A stretch of 64,000 nt of DNA from Octopus vulgaris. Taxonomy: Eukaryota. Shown here piece after piece: positions 28,605 to 42,560 of the stretch (the first letter of the stretch is position 1; the number at the start of each line of letters is the position of its first letter). The position numbers and the translations under genes were made by a program. The stretch is from NCBI GenBank assembly GCA_951406725.2, contig OX597816.1, positions 48,732,001 to 48,796,000 of the forward strand, given 5' to 3'. The notes beneath the pieces were generated by a model. That model was not told where the DNA came from and ran no database searches. It saw only the letters and a program-made list of their open reading frames with translations.

Positions 28605-28658
<54 letters not shown>

Positions 28659-29775
28659 CGTGGGTGTGTGTGTGTGTATACTCTTTTACTCTTTTACTCT
28701 TTTACTTGTTTCAGTCATTTGACTGCGGCCATGCTGGAGCACCGCCTTTAGTTGAGCAAATCGACCCCGGGACTTATTCTTTGTAAGCCCAGTACTTATT
28801 CTATCGGTCTCTTTTGCCGAACCGCTAAGTGACGGGGATGTAAACACACCACCATCGGTTGTCAAGCAATGCTAGGGGGACAAACACAGACACTCAAACA
28901 TATACACACACATACATATATATATATATGTGGCATCTTGGGCAAGTGCCTTCTGCTATAGCCCCGGGCCGACCAATGCCTTGTGAGTGGATTTGGTAGA
29001 CGGAAACTAAAAGAAGCCTGTCGTATATATGTATATATATATATGTGTGTGTGTATGTCTGTGTTTGTCTCTCTAGCATTGCTTGACAACCGATGCTGGT
29101 GTGTTTACGTCCCCTTCACTTTGTGGTTCGGCAAAAGAAGAATAAGTCCCGGGGTCGATTTGCTCGACTAAAGGCGGTGCTCCAGCATGGCCGCAGTCAA
29201 ATGACTGGAACAAGTAAAAGAATAAAAAGAAAGAAAAGAATTACCATTAAGCTAGCGTTAGTAACATAAATTGTGACTAAGGTTTGGTGGGAGATTTTAA
29301 TTCAAAACTTAAGAAAACAAGACATTTGTACTACAGAGCCAGAGGCGGTTTCGGCTGGATTGGTAATGAAAGGGTTAAGATAATGCTTGATTGCTTGTAT
29401 GTGTGTAAGTGCCTTTGTATCTTTGTTTCTGTATTTGCTCCTCCCCACCACCACTGCTTGACAACTGGTGTTGGCGTGTTTATGTCCCTGTAACTTAGCA
29501 TCTCAGAAAATGCGACCAATAGAATCAGTACCCAGCTGAAAAAAGAATAAGTATTGGGATTGATTAATTTTTCTTTTACTTGTTTCAGTCATTTGACTGT
29601 GGCCATGCTGGAGCACTGCCTTTAGTCGAGCAAATCGACCCCAGGACTTATTCTTTGTAAGCCTAGTACTTATTCGATTGGTATCTTTTGCCGAATCGCT
29701 AAGTTACAAGGACGTAAACACACCACCATCGGTTGTCAAGCGATGCTGGGAGGGGGGGGGGCAAACACACACATG

Positions 29776-29818
<43 letters not shown>

Positions 29819-30216
29819 TTATATACGACAGGCTTCTTTCAGTTTCCATCTACCAAATCCACTCACAAGGCTTTGGTCGGCCCGAGGCTATAGTAGAAGA
29901 CACTTGCTCAAGGTGCCACACAGTGGGACTGAACCTAGAACCATGTGGTTCATAAGCAAGCTACTTACCACACAGCCACTTCTACGCATTTGACTAAAAG
30001 TTCTTCAAGGCAGTGCCCCAGCATGGTCGCTGTCCAAAATAAGTAAGAGATAGGAGATAAGAAATTAATTTGAAACAATGTGAATAAAGAAGCATTACAT
30101 TTGACAGAGTAATTTGAATGCTAAAGGGTTAAAAATCTTTCAGTACATAATTTGAACTTCCAAATTCTTTTCATGCAAGGCTCTATATCTTTTTCTTCTT
30201 TCTCTTTGCTTTTCAG

Positions 30217-30331
30217 TCTATAGAATCATGTCTCGGAGACCAGAGTTTGTTGGAATCAACCTCTTGAAAGAAATTCATATAATCGCTTCAAAGCTGCAAC
30301 ATACGGAATATCAAAGCCGAGCATGGAAATG
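30217..30331 (+). CDS. RUN-domain protein, first visible coding exon (ATG at 30228; MSRRPEFVGINLLKEIHIIASKLQHTEYQSRAWK + TG, ends phase 2)
   Basis: Long polypyrimidine tract ending tttcag at 30216; donor gtaaat at 30332; open frame whose phase fits the next exon. The frame is also open upstream of the ATG, so the true start may lie in an earlier exon. Confidence 0.75.
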
Positions 30332-30470
30332 GTAAATATTATCATAACAGAAATACATTGTTTTGTTTTGAAGCTCTCCTTTCGATTCAGCATGCTAACA
30401 TAGCTGCAATTTTTATTGCTGCTAAACAGCGTGATACAGAGCACTTGTGTTGTGTCTCATGTGGTGAGTG

Positions 30471-30522
<52 letters not shown>

Positions 30523-31494
30523 CGTGTGCATGAATGTTTCTTTCTTGGGTCTTAAAATTTGCATACTGAATATAAACAACGTCACTGTTCATACCTATTT
30601 CTTTATTACCCACAAGGGGCTAAACATAGAGGGGACAAACAAGGACAGACATAGGTATTAAGTTGATTGCATCGACCCCAGTGCGTAACTGGTACTTAAT
30701 TTATCGACCCCGAAAGGATGAAAGGCAAAGTCGACCTCGGCGGAATTTGAACTCAGAACATAGCGGCAGACGAAATACCGCTCAGCATTTCGTCCGGCGC
30801 GCTAACGTTTCTGCCAGCTCGCTGACTTTTTATACCATCAGTGTTATTTGTTTGCAACCATCTGTGAAAACATCTTCAACCATTAAGCTGTTTTTTTTTT
30901 AATTTTAATTTTTTTTAATTTTTTTATTTTTTTATTGCCCACAAGGGGCTAAACATAGAGGGAACTAACAAGGACAGACAAAGGGATTAAGTCGATTACA
31001 TCGAACCCAGTGTGTAACTGGTACTTAATTTATCGTGAGGCGGCGAGCTGGCAGAAACGTTAGCGCGCCATGCGAAATGCTTAGCGGTATTTCGTCTGTT
31101 GCAGCGTTCTGAGTTCAAATTCCGCCGAGGTCGACTTCGCCTTTCATCCTTTCGGGGTCGATAAATTAAGTACCAGTTACGCACTGGGGTCGATGTAATC
31201 GACTTAATATGTCTGTCCTTGTTTGTCCCCTCTGTGTTTAGCCCCTTGTGGGCAATAAAGAAATAGGTACTTAATTTATCGACCCCCAAAAGGATGAAAG
31301 GCAAAGTCAACCTCGGCAGAATTTAAAGGATAATGGGAAACATTATCTTATTTCGAAACAAGTGAGGGTTAGTGACAGAAAGTGCATGGAAAAGTGGATG
31401 TTAAAACGATGATGATGATGATGATGATGATGAGTAGGTGATGTACTGAGTGCAGTACACAAAATATTTGTAATTAATTGAAATTTATTTCTTA

Positions 31495-31738
31495 TAATAA
31501 TAATGATAATAATAATAATAATAATAATAATGAAATTATTGTATACAGTGCTCAGGTGCACCACAACTTGTCAAAAGTTCGTATAAAGCATATGCAGTAA
31601 TGTAGAAATGTCTGGAAAGTGAACAGTGTATGAGTCAGATACATGCTTGCGTGTGTATGGAGGGGAGAAAATCAGGTGTAGTGTTGGCGAATCTCAGGAA
31701 GCATGGAAGTTTTGAAGGGTGCAGTGCTCCGACAACTA
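31495..31738 (-). mobile_element. CR1 3' end fragment (same family as 14603-15299)
   Basis: Near-identical to ~14603-14822; long (TAA)n run on + corresponding to the tail. Confidence 0.85.
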
Positions 31739-32405
31739 GTTGGGGAAAGAAAGAAAAAAAAACTTAACAACAATTATTAGAAATTGTCAAATATAAGGGG
31801 AGATAATTATGTGACATATGACAGCTATTCTTTGAGCTCTGTGTATTTTTATCATAAGACTCACTTTTGTTATTTGAACATTAACCAGAACCCTTAACAG
31901 CTAATACCACTCCGAGCCTGAGCACACCTGGGGATTTTGGTGATTAGGTGACCAAAGAGTAGCTCCATATACCCAAAAGTTCCTAAAGTCTTCAGCAGGA
32001 GTTTTACCACTGGATGTAGTTCAATGGCTTACCCAAGATCTATAAATTTTTACATTAAAAACAAGAAACAAAATGATACCTTTTGACAATATAATTTGCT
32101 TAATCAAAAAAATATCATAAGCTAAAAGAAATAACTCAATCAGGCCAATATCACAAATTTGGCTAAATAAGTAGACTCTATTATGCTGATAAGCTCTTAT
32201 AGACTGAAATGATTTCATAGTTATTCCCTTGCCTGCAAGCTATGCTCAGACTTTCTCCTAAGCATGTAAATTAATTTCCAAAGAAAAAAATGTTTAATGT
32301 TTTGAAATTATTTCCCCTTTTCTTTAACAACTGGTGGCATTCACTGCTAGGTCTTTGTGTCTTTTCTCCAACTATGAGATAAATTTTATTCAGTTAAGAA
32401 TTTTT

Positions 32406-32569
32406 AGGTGCAGGAGTGGCTGTGTGTTAAGTAGCTTGCTTACAAACCACATGGTTCCGGGCTCAGTCCCTCTGCATGGCACCTTGGGTAAGTGTCTTTT
32501 ACTATAGCCTTGGGTCAAACAAAGCCTTGTGAGTGGATCTGGTAGACGGAAACTGAAAGAAGCCCGTTG

Positions 32570-32621
<52 letters not shown>

Positions 32622-32812
32622 TCTCCCCAACATCGCTTGACAACCGAAGCTGGTGTGTTTACGTCCTTGTAACTTAGCGGTTCGGCAAAAGAGACCGATA
32701 GAATAAGTACTAGTCTTACAAAGAATAAGTCCTGGGATCGATTTGCTTGACTAAAGGCGGTGCTCCAGCATGACCACAGTCAAATGGCTGAAACATGTAA
32801 AAGAGTAAAGAG
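32406..32812 (+). mobile_element. SINE family B: tRNA-like head, CORE-like box, central microsatellite, CR1-type tail
   Basis: GTGGCTGTGTG...GGCTCAGTCCC...ACCTTGGGTAAGTGTC; tail CCAGCATG.CC.CAGTCAAATG.CTGAAACA; other copies ~7003, 7727, 15757/18192, 27441, 28681, 28929, 29571, 35372, 48680, 60335. Confidence 0.85.
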
Positions 32813-33476
32813 TATGCAACATTTTGTACACCAGCCAGTAACATATTTATTAGCATTACATTTCGGCAGAATTGGTGGTGTGACAGTCGAGTTGCCTTTC
32901 AGTATTATATTTAGTTGCATCAATTTGCATTTTGAGTTTAAATCTTGCTGAGGTTGGCTTTGTTTTTCATCCAACTGGGATCAATAAAATAAATTTCAAC
33001 GAAGCATTTGTTTGAAATTGATATAATTTACTAGACATTCCCTCCACTAAAAGCTTTCCATGGAAAACGTTATTGTATTTAGTCTTTTCTAAAATTATTA
33101 TTTTTTCATATTTATTCATTTTAATTTTGATATATCATTGTTGTAATCATCGTTGACATCCTCATCATTGCAGTCATCATCATCATCATCATCATCATCA
33201 TTGTTTTGACATCTGCTCTTTCATGCTTGCGTGAGTCCTAATTTTCTATGGCTGGAAGCTCTTCTTGTCACTAATCCTTACATGCATGTTTCCATGATTG
33301 GATTGGATATATTTTCATGGAAAATTAGACACAAACGACACCTCTTTTATGACAGTGATGCTCATTTACAACTATGATGCAATGTCATGAAAAGGAAACA
33401 TAGAGACAGGTATGCAAAACACCCTTCCCACACATACAGATAGATACATATACAAACACATAGTTACATATACATG

Positions 33477-34517
33477 TGTAGAACGACCGTCCGAAAAGAG
33501 ATGGTGACGAATGAATGACTCCTTTAACTCCTTTAATACACCACACGGTCGCTTACAATGAAAGCCAAAATGGATAATTGAATATGAGTGCCAGCAAAGA
33601 AAAAGGAAGACGACACAACCGTAGAATGTTAAGAGAAAGGTTTTATTTAGAGGTTAGTAGAGTGTGTGTCTGTGTGTGCGTCATAAGTACACATATAATA
33701 AGAACAATAATAGACAGGCTGTCAAGCATACATAATGTGTATGTGTGTACAAACAAGGGCGTATGTGTGTGAGATAAAACACAGAGCATAGAAAGAGTCT
33801 ATAATAAAACGCTAGAAGAAGTTCAGACACAATGAAGATAAATACCAGTTCGTAGTAAGGTACGCAATAGTAGAAGTTCTGTAACGAATTTGAGGCGTAA
33901 AAAGCAGAGCCGATTGAAAGCTCATGTCATGTAAGCAGTTGTGGCTACAATGCCACTGCTGGGTTACTTGGTGCAGAAGGTTCTTGCAGGTTGAGCTTAC
34001 TGTTAACCATGGTGAAGTATTCACAAACTGAGAAGTTAACCTTGGTGAATGTTGCTGTGTACGTAGAGATGTTGTTGGCATCGATAAGATGAAGGTGACA
34101 ATGGTGGAGGTGACGTTAAGCTTGGAGGTGACATTAAGATGAAGGAGATGGAGGTGGAAGTCCTGAATACTGCTGGTGTTGGTGTCGTCGCTGGAACTGG
34201 CTGTGTCACTGGAAATGGCTCTGTGGTCAGTGGTCTAGACCCAAAGACGCATGACTCGATAAATCACTGTGTTTTATAGCAAATTATAGGCTCAAACAGA
34301 GCTTTAGAAAAACTGTGTCATGGGACCTTATCAGAAGGCTGCGATTGATTGGGTTGCACATTGGCGCGTAATAGAGCAAGAGACAAATTGCGCCAATACC
34401 AACCAATCAGAGTAGTGGACACAACAGGGCCCAAGTGGCTGAAGATTAGCTGTTATATCTATATTTATGTTATATGTATCAGAGAGACAGAGAGAATTTC
34501 ACTTCGCGTACGCTACA
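33477..34517. mobile_element. Probable solo LTR (~1.04 kb)
   Basis: Starts TGTAG, ends CTACA; flanks CATG/CCTG (4-bp TSD, one mismatch); CpG-richer than its surroundings. Confidence 0.5.
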
Positions 34518-35529
34518 CCTGTATGACAATCTTCTTTTAGTTTCTTTCACCCAAATCTACTCATAAAGATTTTGTCAGTCTGGGATTATAACAGAAACCA
34601 TTTGCCCAAAGTACGACATGGCTGGGTTGAACCTGAATCCATGTAATTGGGAAGTGGACCTCTAAACCACATAGGAAATTTAGCTTGCATTATTGTACAC
34701 TTAATGTTATTTCTTGAAGTGTAAGACAGCAAGCCGACAGAATCGTTACCACGCCAGACAAAATACTTAAAGGCATTTCTTCTGGCTTTACATTCTGAGT
34801 TCACATGCTGCTGGGATAAATTTTTACATTTCATCCTTTCGGGGTTGGTAAAATATGTACCAGTTGTGTACTGGGGTTGATGTAATTGACTAGCCCTTTT
34901 TCATAAAACTACTGGTCTTGTACTTATACCAAAAATTTGAAGCCAGTATTTCTTGAGATAGCAATTTCTCTACAGATATCTGTTTTGTTCCTTTGTATTT
35001 ACTGTAGGAGTTTTCAACATTTCCTCATTCCACTTTTTACCTGCTAGCATCATTTTGAAAGTAAATTTCCTGCTAGTTTACACTGATTGGTTATAGGAGA
35101 TTATATACTTTAACCACAATAAAACAATCAATTGAGAGGAATTAAAAAAAGGAGAAATAAACAAACTGTTTGAAGTTTAATTAACAATAAAAATCGAATA
35201 GAATGTTATTTCATTTATTTACGAACTAATTAATGATGAAAAGATATCAGAACCAAACACAGTCTTCTAAATTAAAACAATTCCATTAGCAACACAGTTA
35301 CTAAAAACCATACAAAGCAGATTGCTAGATATGAAATGATGGAAAGAAAAAACAGTATGCAAAATAGATGAAGGCATGGCTATGTGGGTAAGAAGCTTGC
35401 TTCCCAACAGTGATATCTTGGGTTCAGTCTCACTGTGTGGTACCTTGAGCAAGTGTCTTTTAGTATGGCCCCAGACCAACCGACAAAGCTTTCTGAGTGG
35501 ATTTGGGAGATTGAAAATGAAAGGCTATC

Positions 35530-35690
<161 letters not shown>

Positions 35691-35968
35691 CATGTGTGTG
35701 TGTGTGTGCCTTTGTGTTTGTCCCGTCCACTGCTTAACAACTGATGTCAGTTTGTTTATGTCCTCCTAACGTAGCAGTTTGGGGAAAAATACCAATAAAA
35801 CTCGTACCAGACTTTAAGAATAAAATTAAGTTCTAAGTTTTATATATATATATATAAATTTGTATGTGTTAGGTGTATTATCTACAGATAGTACCAAGAC
35901 ACCAGTGACAAAACTAAAGCTCGCTTGTAAATCAAGCTAAAAGCAATGTAACTGTATAGATAATATCA

Positions 35969-36174
35969 TTTACCCTTTCGATACCAATCCAGCTGAAACC
36001 GCCTATGGCTCTGTAGTACGAATTAAAATCTTCCACCAAACCTTAGTCACAATTTTTGTTCCTAACACCAGCTTAATGATAACTAAGTTATTTTACAAAA
36101 TTCTTTGTTTTGTTTAAAATTAATTGAAAGAAACACAAAGTATCTCAAAATAAATACGGTAACGAATGGGTTAA
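35969..36174. mobile_element. piggyBac-type MITE
   Basis: TTTA-CCCTTTCG ... GAATGGG-TTAA termini; partial reverse copy at ~29222-29378. Confidence 0.55.
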
Positions 36175-37051
36175 ACATGTTAGATAAGACATTAAATGCT
36201 ACAACAAAATTATTTACTTGTTCGTATTTCCATTCATTGACGATCAATCTATCCATTTACCTCAACATACTCAAATGCAACCTGGAGGTTAGTTTCCTTA
36301 GATAACGTGTGATAGTGTCACCTCATCTAATATCTCTCAATAACGATCATTTGATACGTGACGGTTGCTCATTTTACTCAGTTGCACTTCTATGTATCTT
36401 TGTTGCCATGAACATTTCTTTTAAATACTTGATTTAATGATTCGAGTTGATAGCTATCGTATCATGCTTTTTAAATTATCCTGACTGATCTCCTGCTTTG
36501 TTTGTGTTTTGTAACAGTAGTTGGTACCATTGATAATTCAAATAGATTGTGTTAGAATGTAAAGAGATGATTAGTTATCACTTAGGAACATGCAATTTCT
36601 TCAATTTAACTTAGTGAGATCGTTTTATTGTCCAGCATCAAATTTACATTCCATATGATACCTTGTACGTTTTTGTTTTCCCTTTTCTGGGGGTCATCTT
36701 CGTCTTTTACACTTCTGGGGTCAATAAAATATGTTCCACCAAGGTCAGTTTTACCTTTCAACCATCAAGTAATTTATGTGGAAATGAAATGATTTATGAC
36801 TGATACAACATCATCATCATCATCATCGTTTAACGTCCGTTTTCTGTGCTAGCACGGGGTCGACGGTTCGACCGGGGTCTGGGAAGTCAGGGGGCTTTAC
36901 CAGGCTCCAGTCTGATCTGGCAGTGTTTCTACAGCTGGATGCCCTTCCTAAACATTGTTATTATTGATGTTGATCAAATCCAGGTCACCTCTGGACCTAT
37001 GGTCAAGTTCATTCTATTCATGACCATCCAGTCTTATTAACACATAGTTTA

Positions 37052-37677
37052 GGATTTTTACCTTTTGATCGACAGATTTAAAAAATAATTTTTTGTAACT
37101 AAACACCTTCAAACTTCGGACACTGGTAGAATGTGTCATATAAAAAATCTTTTACTCTTAGCGTTTTAGAGAAAAGCTTATATTTAAGAAGTTATTTCAC
37201 ATTAAAGTTGTCGTATTTCGGTAATTTCAACCAATCAATGACGTGTATTCAACTGAATAAAATTACTGCCTTTGTCAATAACAACTATCGGCGGTGTATT
37301 TTTCGCTTGTCAGTTATTTATGACATCGTTCGTGCGTTTGTACTCGTTTTAGCTTTAAGGTTTTATGGTTATGGTTAGAGTGTTAGGGTTTTAGGGTTGT
37401 CCTAAATAACAGTGACAAACGATATATACGCCACCGGAAGTTCTTGTTGACAAGCAACAGCAGTAATTTTATTCAGCTGAATACACGTCATTGATTGGTT
37501 GAAATTACCGAAATACGACAACTTGAACTTGAAATAACTTCCTAAATATAAGCTTTTCTCAAAAACGCTAAGAGTAAAAGATTTTTTATATGACACATTC
37601 TACCAGTGTCCGAAGTTCGAAAGTGTTTAGTTACAAAAAATTATTTTTAAAATCTGTCGGTCAAAAGGTAAAGCTCT
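37052..37677. mobile_element. Foldback MITE with ~270-bp TIRs and 9-bp TSD (MULE/Merlin-like)
   Basis: TSD CATAGTTTA at 37043-51 and 37678-86; near-perfect arms; central TTAGGG-like repeats. Confidence 0.85.
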
Positions 37678-40094
37678 CATAGTTTATCTTAAACTACATT
37701 ATCCAGCATGTCCTTTATGTTTTTGATACTTTGTACAAATCATTTTAATAAATTGGCCCTGGACGTCCGTGTTCGTTTTCAGACTTTTAGTTAGTCCTAC
37801 GGCAGCTGTTTATAAATGATTGACTATGTATTGCATCTGGTCTTGGTTATAGCTACGCTACAATTCTTTGTTTTAACACATTCTGAGGAATGTAAAACAT
37901 TCCTTTCATAAGTCCCAAATTACTCTGGTGCTTGAAAGAAAGATGGAAATGTGTCATATATGATGCATGAATGCCAGGCAAATACACTGAACAGGCAAAG
38001 AAGCTACAAGATAGATTGTAATTTGAAAACAATTTGGATACTAAACTTTTTGCAGGTCGAGGGACCACGTAGATGCTCTTTCATTGGCTCGTGAGCTTGC
38101 TGTTTTTTCGGATCTCTGTATAACTAACTGTTGATAGTTGGTATAAATAGCATTATAAACTTTTGCAGAAGTTGTGACCGTCATGTCCAATTCTATCACT
38201 CAGTAATTTGAGAAAATATCTGTCAATATAACCACGGGTTAACCAAAGCTCTGAAACGGAAATTTGGTGGGCAGAAACTGTATGGAAACGGCGAACTGGC
38301 AGACACGTTAGCATGCCGGGTGAAATTCTTAGCGGTATTTCGTCTGCCGCTACGTTCTGAGTTGAAATTCTGCCGAGGCCGACTTTGCCTTTCATCCTTT
38401 CGGGGTCGATTAAATAAGTACCAGTTACGCACTGGAGTCGATATAATCGCTTTAATCTGTTTGTCCTCTGTGTTTAGCCCCTTGTGGGTAGTAAAGAAAT
38501 AGGTTTTTCGTCTGTCTTTACGTTCTGAGTTCAAATTCCGCCGAGGTCGACTTTGCTTTTCATCCTTTCGGGGTTGATAAATTAAGTACCAGTTACGTAC
38601 TAGGGTCGATGTAATTGACTTAATCTTTTTGTCTGTCCTTGTTTGTCCCCTCTATGTTTAGCCCCTTGTGGGCAATAAAGAAAAAAGAAACTGTATGGAA
38701 ACTCGCCGGAGTAACCGTGCCAATTCTTGAGTGGTTGACTTCGTCTGCTGTCTGGTTTAACTCCACTATCTGACCCCTCTAATCAATGATTAAATAAGAT
38801 TGGATTTTGTTTTCGCATGCCATATTTCTCGCCGTAACGTCAGTTAATCCAATGCTTACCGTATTAGTCGGGGCTGTGAAGATTGAAAAGGAGCAAATAA
38901 ATTACCACGGTTAATAAAATTAAGTTGGCTTCCAACATTTTTGACTCGTTCAACACCAAAGAAAGAAGTATTATTTGAACGAAAACTCTGTATTTTCTTC
39001 TCACTAACGAAGAGAAGATGGGGAAAAAATTTCTCTAACATGTTTGTAAGGGAGGCTGTTATTTGTCAGTTTGAGAATCACTGAGTTAATCCCAAATCCC
39101 TCCAGACATTCCTTTAACTGCTATTAAGTTTTATATCATGAGAACAAATTTACAGTTTTCTGCTGGAACACGAAGAAGACTTTGCAAGCGAGTGACGACA
39201 TGGTGCATTATTCGTGCATTTCATTAGGGCGTTTGCAGCTAAAGTGCTGTAATAAAATTATATCTTAAATCAGTAGAAACTCGGGTTCCTTGCATTTTAC
39301 TTTATGGTAATTGCTTCCTATTAGAGAAAACGAAAATTTGATATATATTTGACATGAAGGAGATCAAACGATGTGGAGATCTAAATCTCCCAGGGCACCA
39401 AATAAAGTGGTAGGACCGAACTTAAAAAGCTGTTGACATTCTTCTGTTTACCTTCTTCTCGGAAGTCATTCTATTTTCTTGCTGATCAACTTCCTAGCTA
39501 ACCCGCAGCGAAGTATAGACTTAAGCCCTATTGTATCTAAACAAATAAACCTTTGGTGAATGTATTCTCGTCTCCACTAGTTTGTTTGCGTATAGCTTAA
39601 CAAAGCTATACTGTGGCCATTTTTAACTTGATTTTCGAGAATATGCATCTGGGAATATCATAAACGCCACCACATTCTATCATAAGCTTCATTGTGAAAA
39701 CCGAGCTATTATTCATCGGTAAGAAGAAATCGATTTTGTAAAGGGAATGAAACACAGAAACACAGATAGCAACACGAATGAGACACAGAGTCTGTGACAA
39801 AAGTAAAAGCTGGAGTATATGCGTGTACTTTAAGCTGATTTCATGACATAGTTAAATGAAGCATACTATTATTGTAGTTAGTAAGCGTAGTGTTTGTTGC
39901 AAACTGAGATCATAGTACTGCAATGAGAAGGGTAGTCGTTATTATGAGTCACCGCATTAAGAAGTGGATCGAAGACAAAGTGTTACTTTGGTCAGTGCTG
40001 CTAAAATTATATCTTTAGTTTTCGATTATACTGGAAATTTATACGCCCACGCATGCAAACTCACAGACACTGACACATATGTAGCAGTTTATGC

Positions 40095-40620
40095 GTGTAT
40101 GTATGTATGTATGTATTTATGTATGTATGTATGTATGTATGTATGTATGTATGTATGTATGTATGTGTGTGTGTATGTATGTATGTATGTATGTATGTAT
40201 GTATCCGTGTGTGTATGTATGTATGTATGTATGTATGTATGTATCCGTGTGTGTGTATGTATGTATGCATGTATGTATGTATGTATGTATGTATGTATCC
40301 GTGTGTATATATGTATGCATGTATGTATGTATGTATGTATGTATGTATGTATGTATGTATGTATGTATGTATGTATCCGTGTGTGTGTATGTATGTATGT
40401 ATGTATGTATGCATGTATGTATGTATGTATGTATGTATGTATGTATGTATGTATGTATGTATGTATCCGTGTGTGTGTATGTATGTGTGTATGCATGTAT
40501 GTATGTATGTATGTATGTATGTATGTATGTATGTATGTATCCGTGTGTGTGTATGTATGTATGCATGTATGTATGCATATATGTATGTAAATATGAATGC
40601 ATGCATGTAAGTATGTATAG
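40095..40620. repeat. (TATG)n microsatellite with periodic TATCCGTGTG interruptions
   Basis: Directly visible higher-order periodicity. Confidence 0.95.
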
Positions 40621-40875
40621 TAATCTTGCACGCATCTATCTACCTATCTGTCTGTTTGTTTGTCAATTAGGGAGTAAGAGAGAGAGAGAGGGGAAGAGTG
40701 AGAGAACGATACTAGTACACACACACACACACACACTCACACACACATATACATACATTGACAGTGCTCCAGCATGGCCGCAGTTAAATGCCTGAAACAA
40801 GTGAAAGAATAAGAATAGACACACACTCACACGTGCGCGCACACATGTACACACACACACACACGCACATATATA

Positions 40876-42521
40876 TTGGGTCATCCCATAAATAATGCGG
40901 TTTTTTAATACTTCTTTTATTTTTCAAAATTATGATAAACAAAGTTATTTTTAATCTAAAATATACTCTCCTTCGTTTTCTACAATGCTCTTCCATCTAT
41001 CTTGTTTTGAGAGGCGGTTGGATGGAACCTACACTCGCCTCCTTATGAGAGCTCAAAATCTCTCGTGGAAGCATCATCCAACCAAAATGCAAATATATGG
41101 GAAACTACCACCTGTGTCATCTCTTGTGAAAGGTAGGAGAGTCCAGTTTGCTGGACATTGTTGTAGAGCTGAAAACGAGGCAATTTCTACTCTTCTCCTC
41201 TGGAAGCCATCTACTTGCAATACCAGAGGGCGCACACTCTCCTACCCTGATGTAATCTCCAGGGATACAGGCATCCAGCAACAGGACCTCCGTAATGCTA
41301 TGATGGACTGTGAAGTCTGGCGTAGCATGGTAAATTCCATTGTCTCGACCACGGTCGAACAATGATGATGATGATCTATCTTGTGGACTTGCAAGGCTCC
41401 TCTTCCAAAATTCACATGTTCGTGACGGGAAATACTCCTCCAGTACTGTTCAGACCTTGTCTATATTATCCAATTTTCCCCCCGTCCAAATGAGTTTGAA
41501 GACTGCGGAATAAAGGATAATCAGATGGGACAATGTCTAGTGAATAAGGTGGGTGGGGCACCGTTTCCCATTCACATTGCTCCAGCCTTTGGAATATCAT
41601 CCTCTTTGAATGTGGCCGAGCATTATTCTAATGGAAGAACAGCTTTCGTCTTAAAACCAAATATTTTCTTCTAACGCTGATTTAAGCCGCTTAAGCTGTT
41701 TGCAGTAGATCTCCTTATCGTTTGGTTTGAGCTTAAAAGTTCAAAGTGGACTAAACCTTTCTTATCCCACCAAACAGATGACAAAACCTTACGTAGGTGA
41801 ATACTTTCTTTAGCCTGGGGTGCCGGTGTTTCTCCTTTCTCTACTCACTGTCTTCGGCGCTTGACATTTTTATGGAGAACCCATTTCTCGTTACCAAAAA
41901 AGGGCCAAAAAAGGTTCATTTTTGAGACGTGATACCAAAGAAGAGTACACATTCACCCTCTGCGCATGATTAGACTCGGAAAATTTGTAAGGAAGCCATT
42001 GACCCAATTTGCTGACTTTTCCGATGACACGCAGGTGTCGACGAATGGTTAGATGACCAAATCTAAGCTTCTCTGCTAGTTCCTCAACAGTTACGATAGG
42101 ATTTTGTTTCACCAAGATTTGCAGTACGTCGTCGTCGAACTCTATAGATCTTTCAAGACGAGGCATGTCTTCTGGGCTGTTGTCTCCGGTTCACAATTTC
42201 TGGAACTGCCGTTGACACTGGCTTACGCTTATTGTCTGATCCCCATATACTACATTACTATTCCTCGCACTTTCCGTTGCGTTGCTGCCTTTATTGAACT
42301 CATAAAGCAAAATATGCCGAATATAGTCCTTTGTTACCTCCATTATAGCTCTGAAAAAATAAATGTTAAAAGCGAACTGCACTCTTCAAAACTTGCACTG
42401 AGAATAAATGTAAAGTAAAATTACTACCTGTTTTTATAGCAAGTTGATGCAGGTAGTTTATACTGCCCCCTCTGACTTTTAGTCTATACAATTGAAAAAA
42501 CCGGAATATTTATAGGATGAC

Positions 42522-42525
<4 letters not shown>
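40876..42525 (-). mobile_element. Full-length decayed mariner transposon
   Basis: TIRs TTGGGTCATCC(C/T)ATAAATA with TA flanks; minus-strand transposase relic (IRHILLYEFNKG, KLGQWLP, HPPYSLDIVPSDY) with stops and frameshifts; ~1.27 kb after removing the RTE insertion. Confidence 0.92.
41006..41373 (+). mobile_element. 5'-truncated RTE-clade LINE inserted in the mariner
   Basis: RT C-terminal ORF (RRVQFAGHCCR...RGRTLSY), (GAT)n tail, 11-bp TSD ATCTATCTTGT at 40995-41005 and 41374-41384. Confidence 0.9.

Positions 42526-42560
<35 letters not shown>

Noticed and set aside
37365-37400. Interstitial telomere
   Set aside because: Only a few degenerate TTAGGG units, internal to a MITE.
38700-39960. 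Repeat-poor block as extra exons or a nested gene
   Set aside because: Tested AG/GT pairs give stops in the required phase; no recognisable protein motif.
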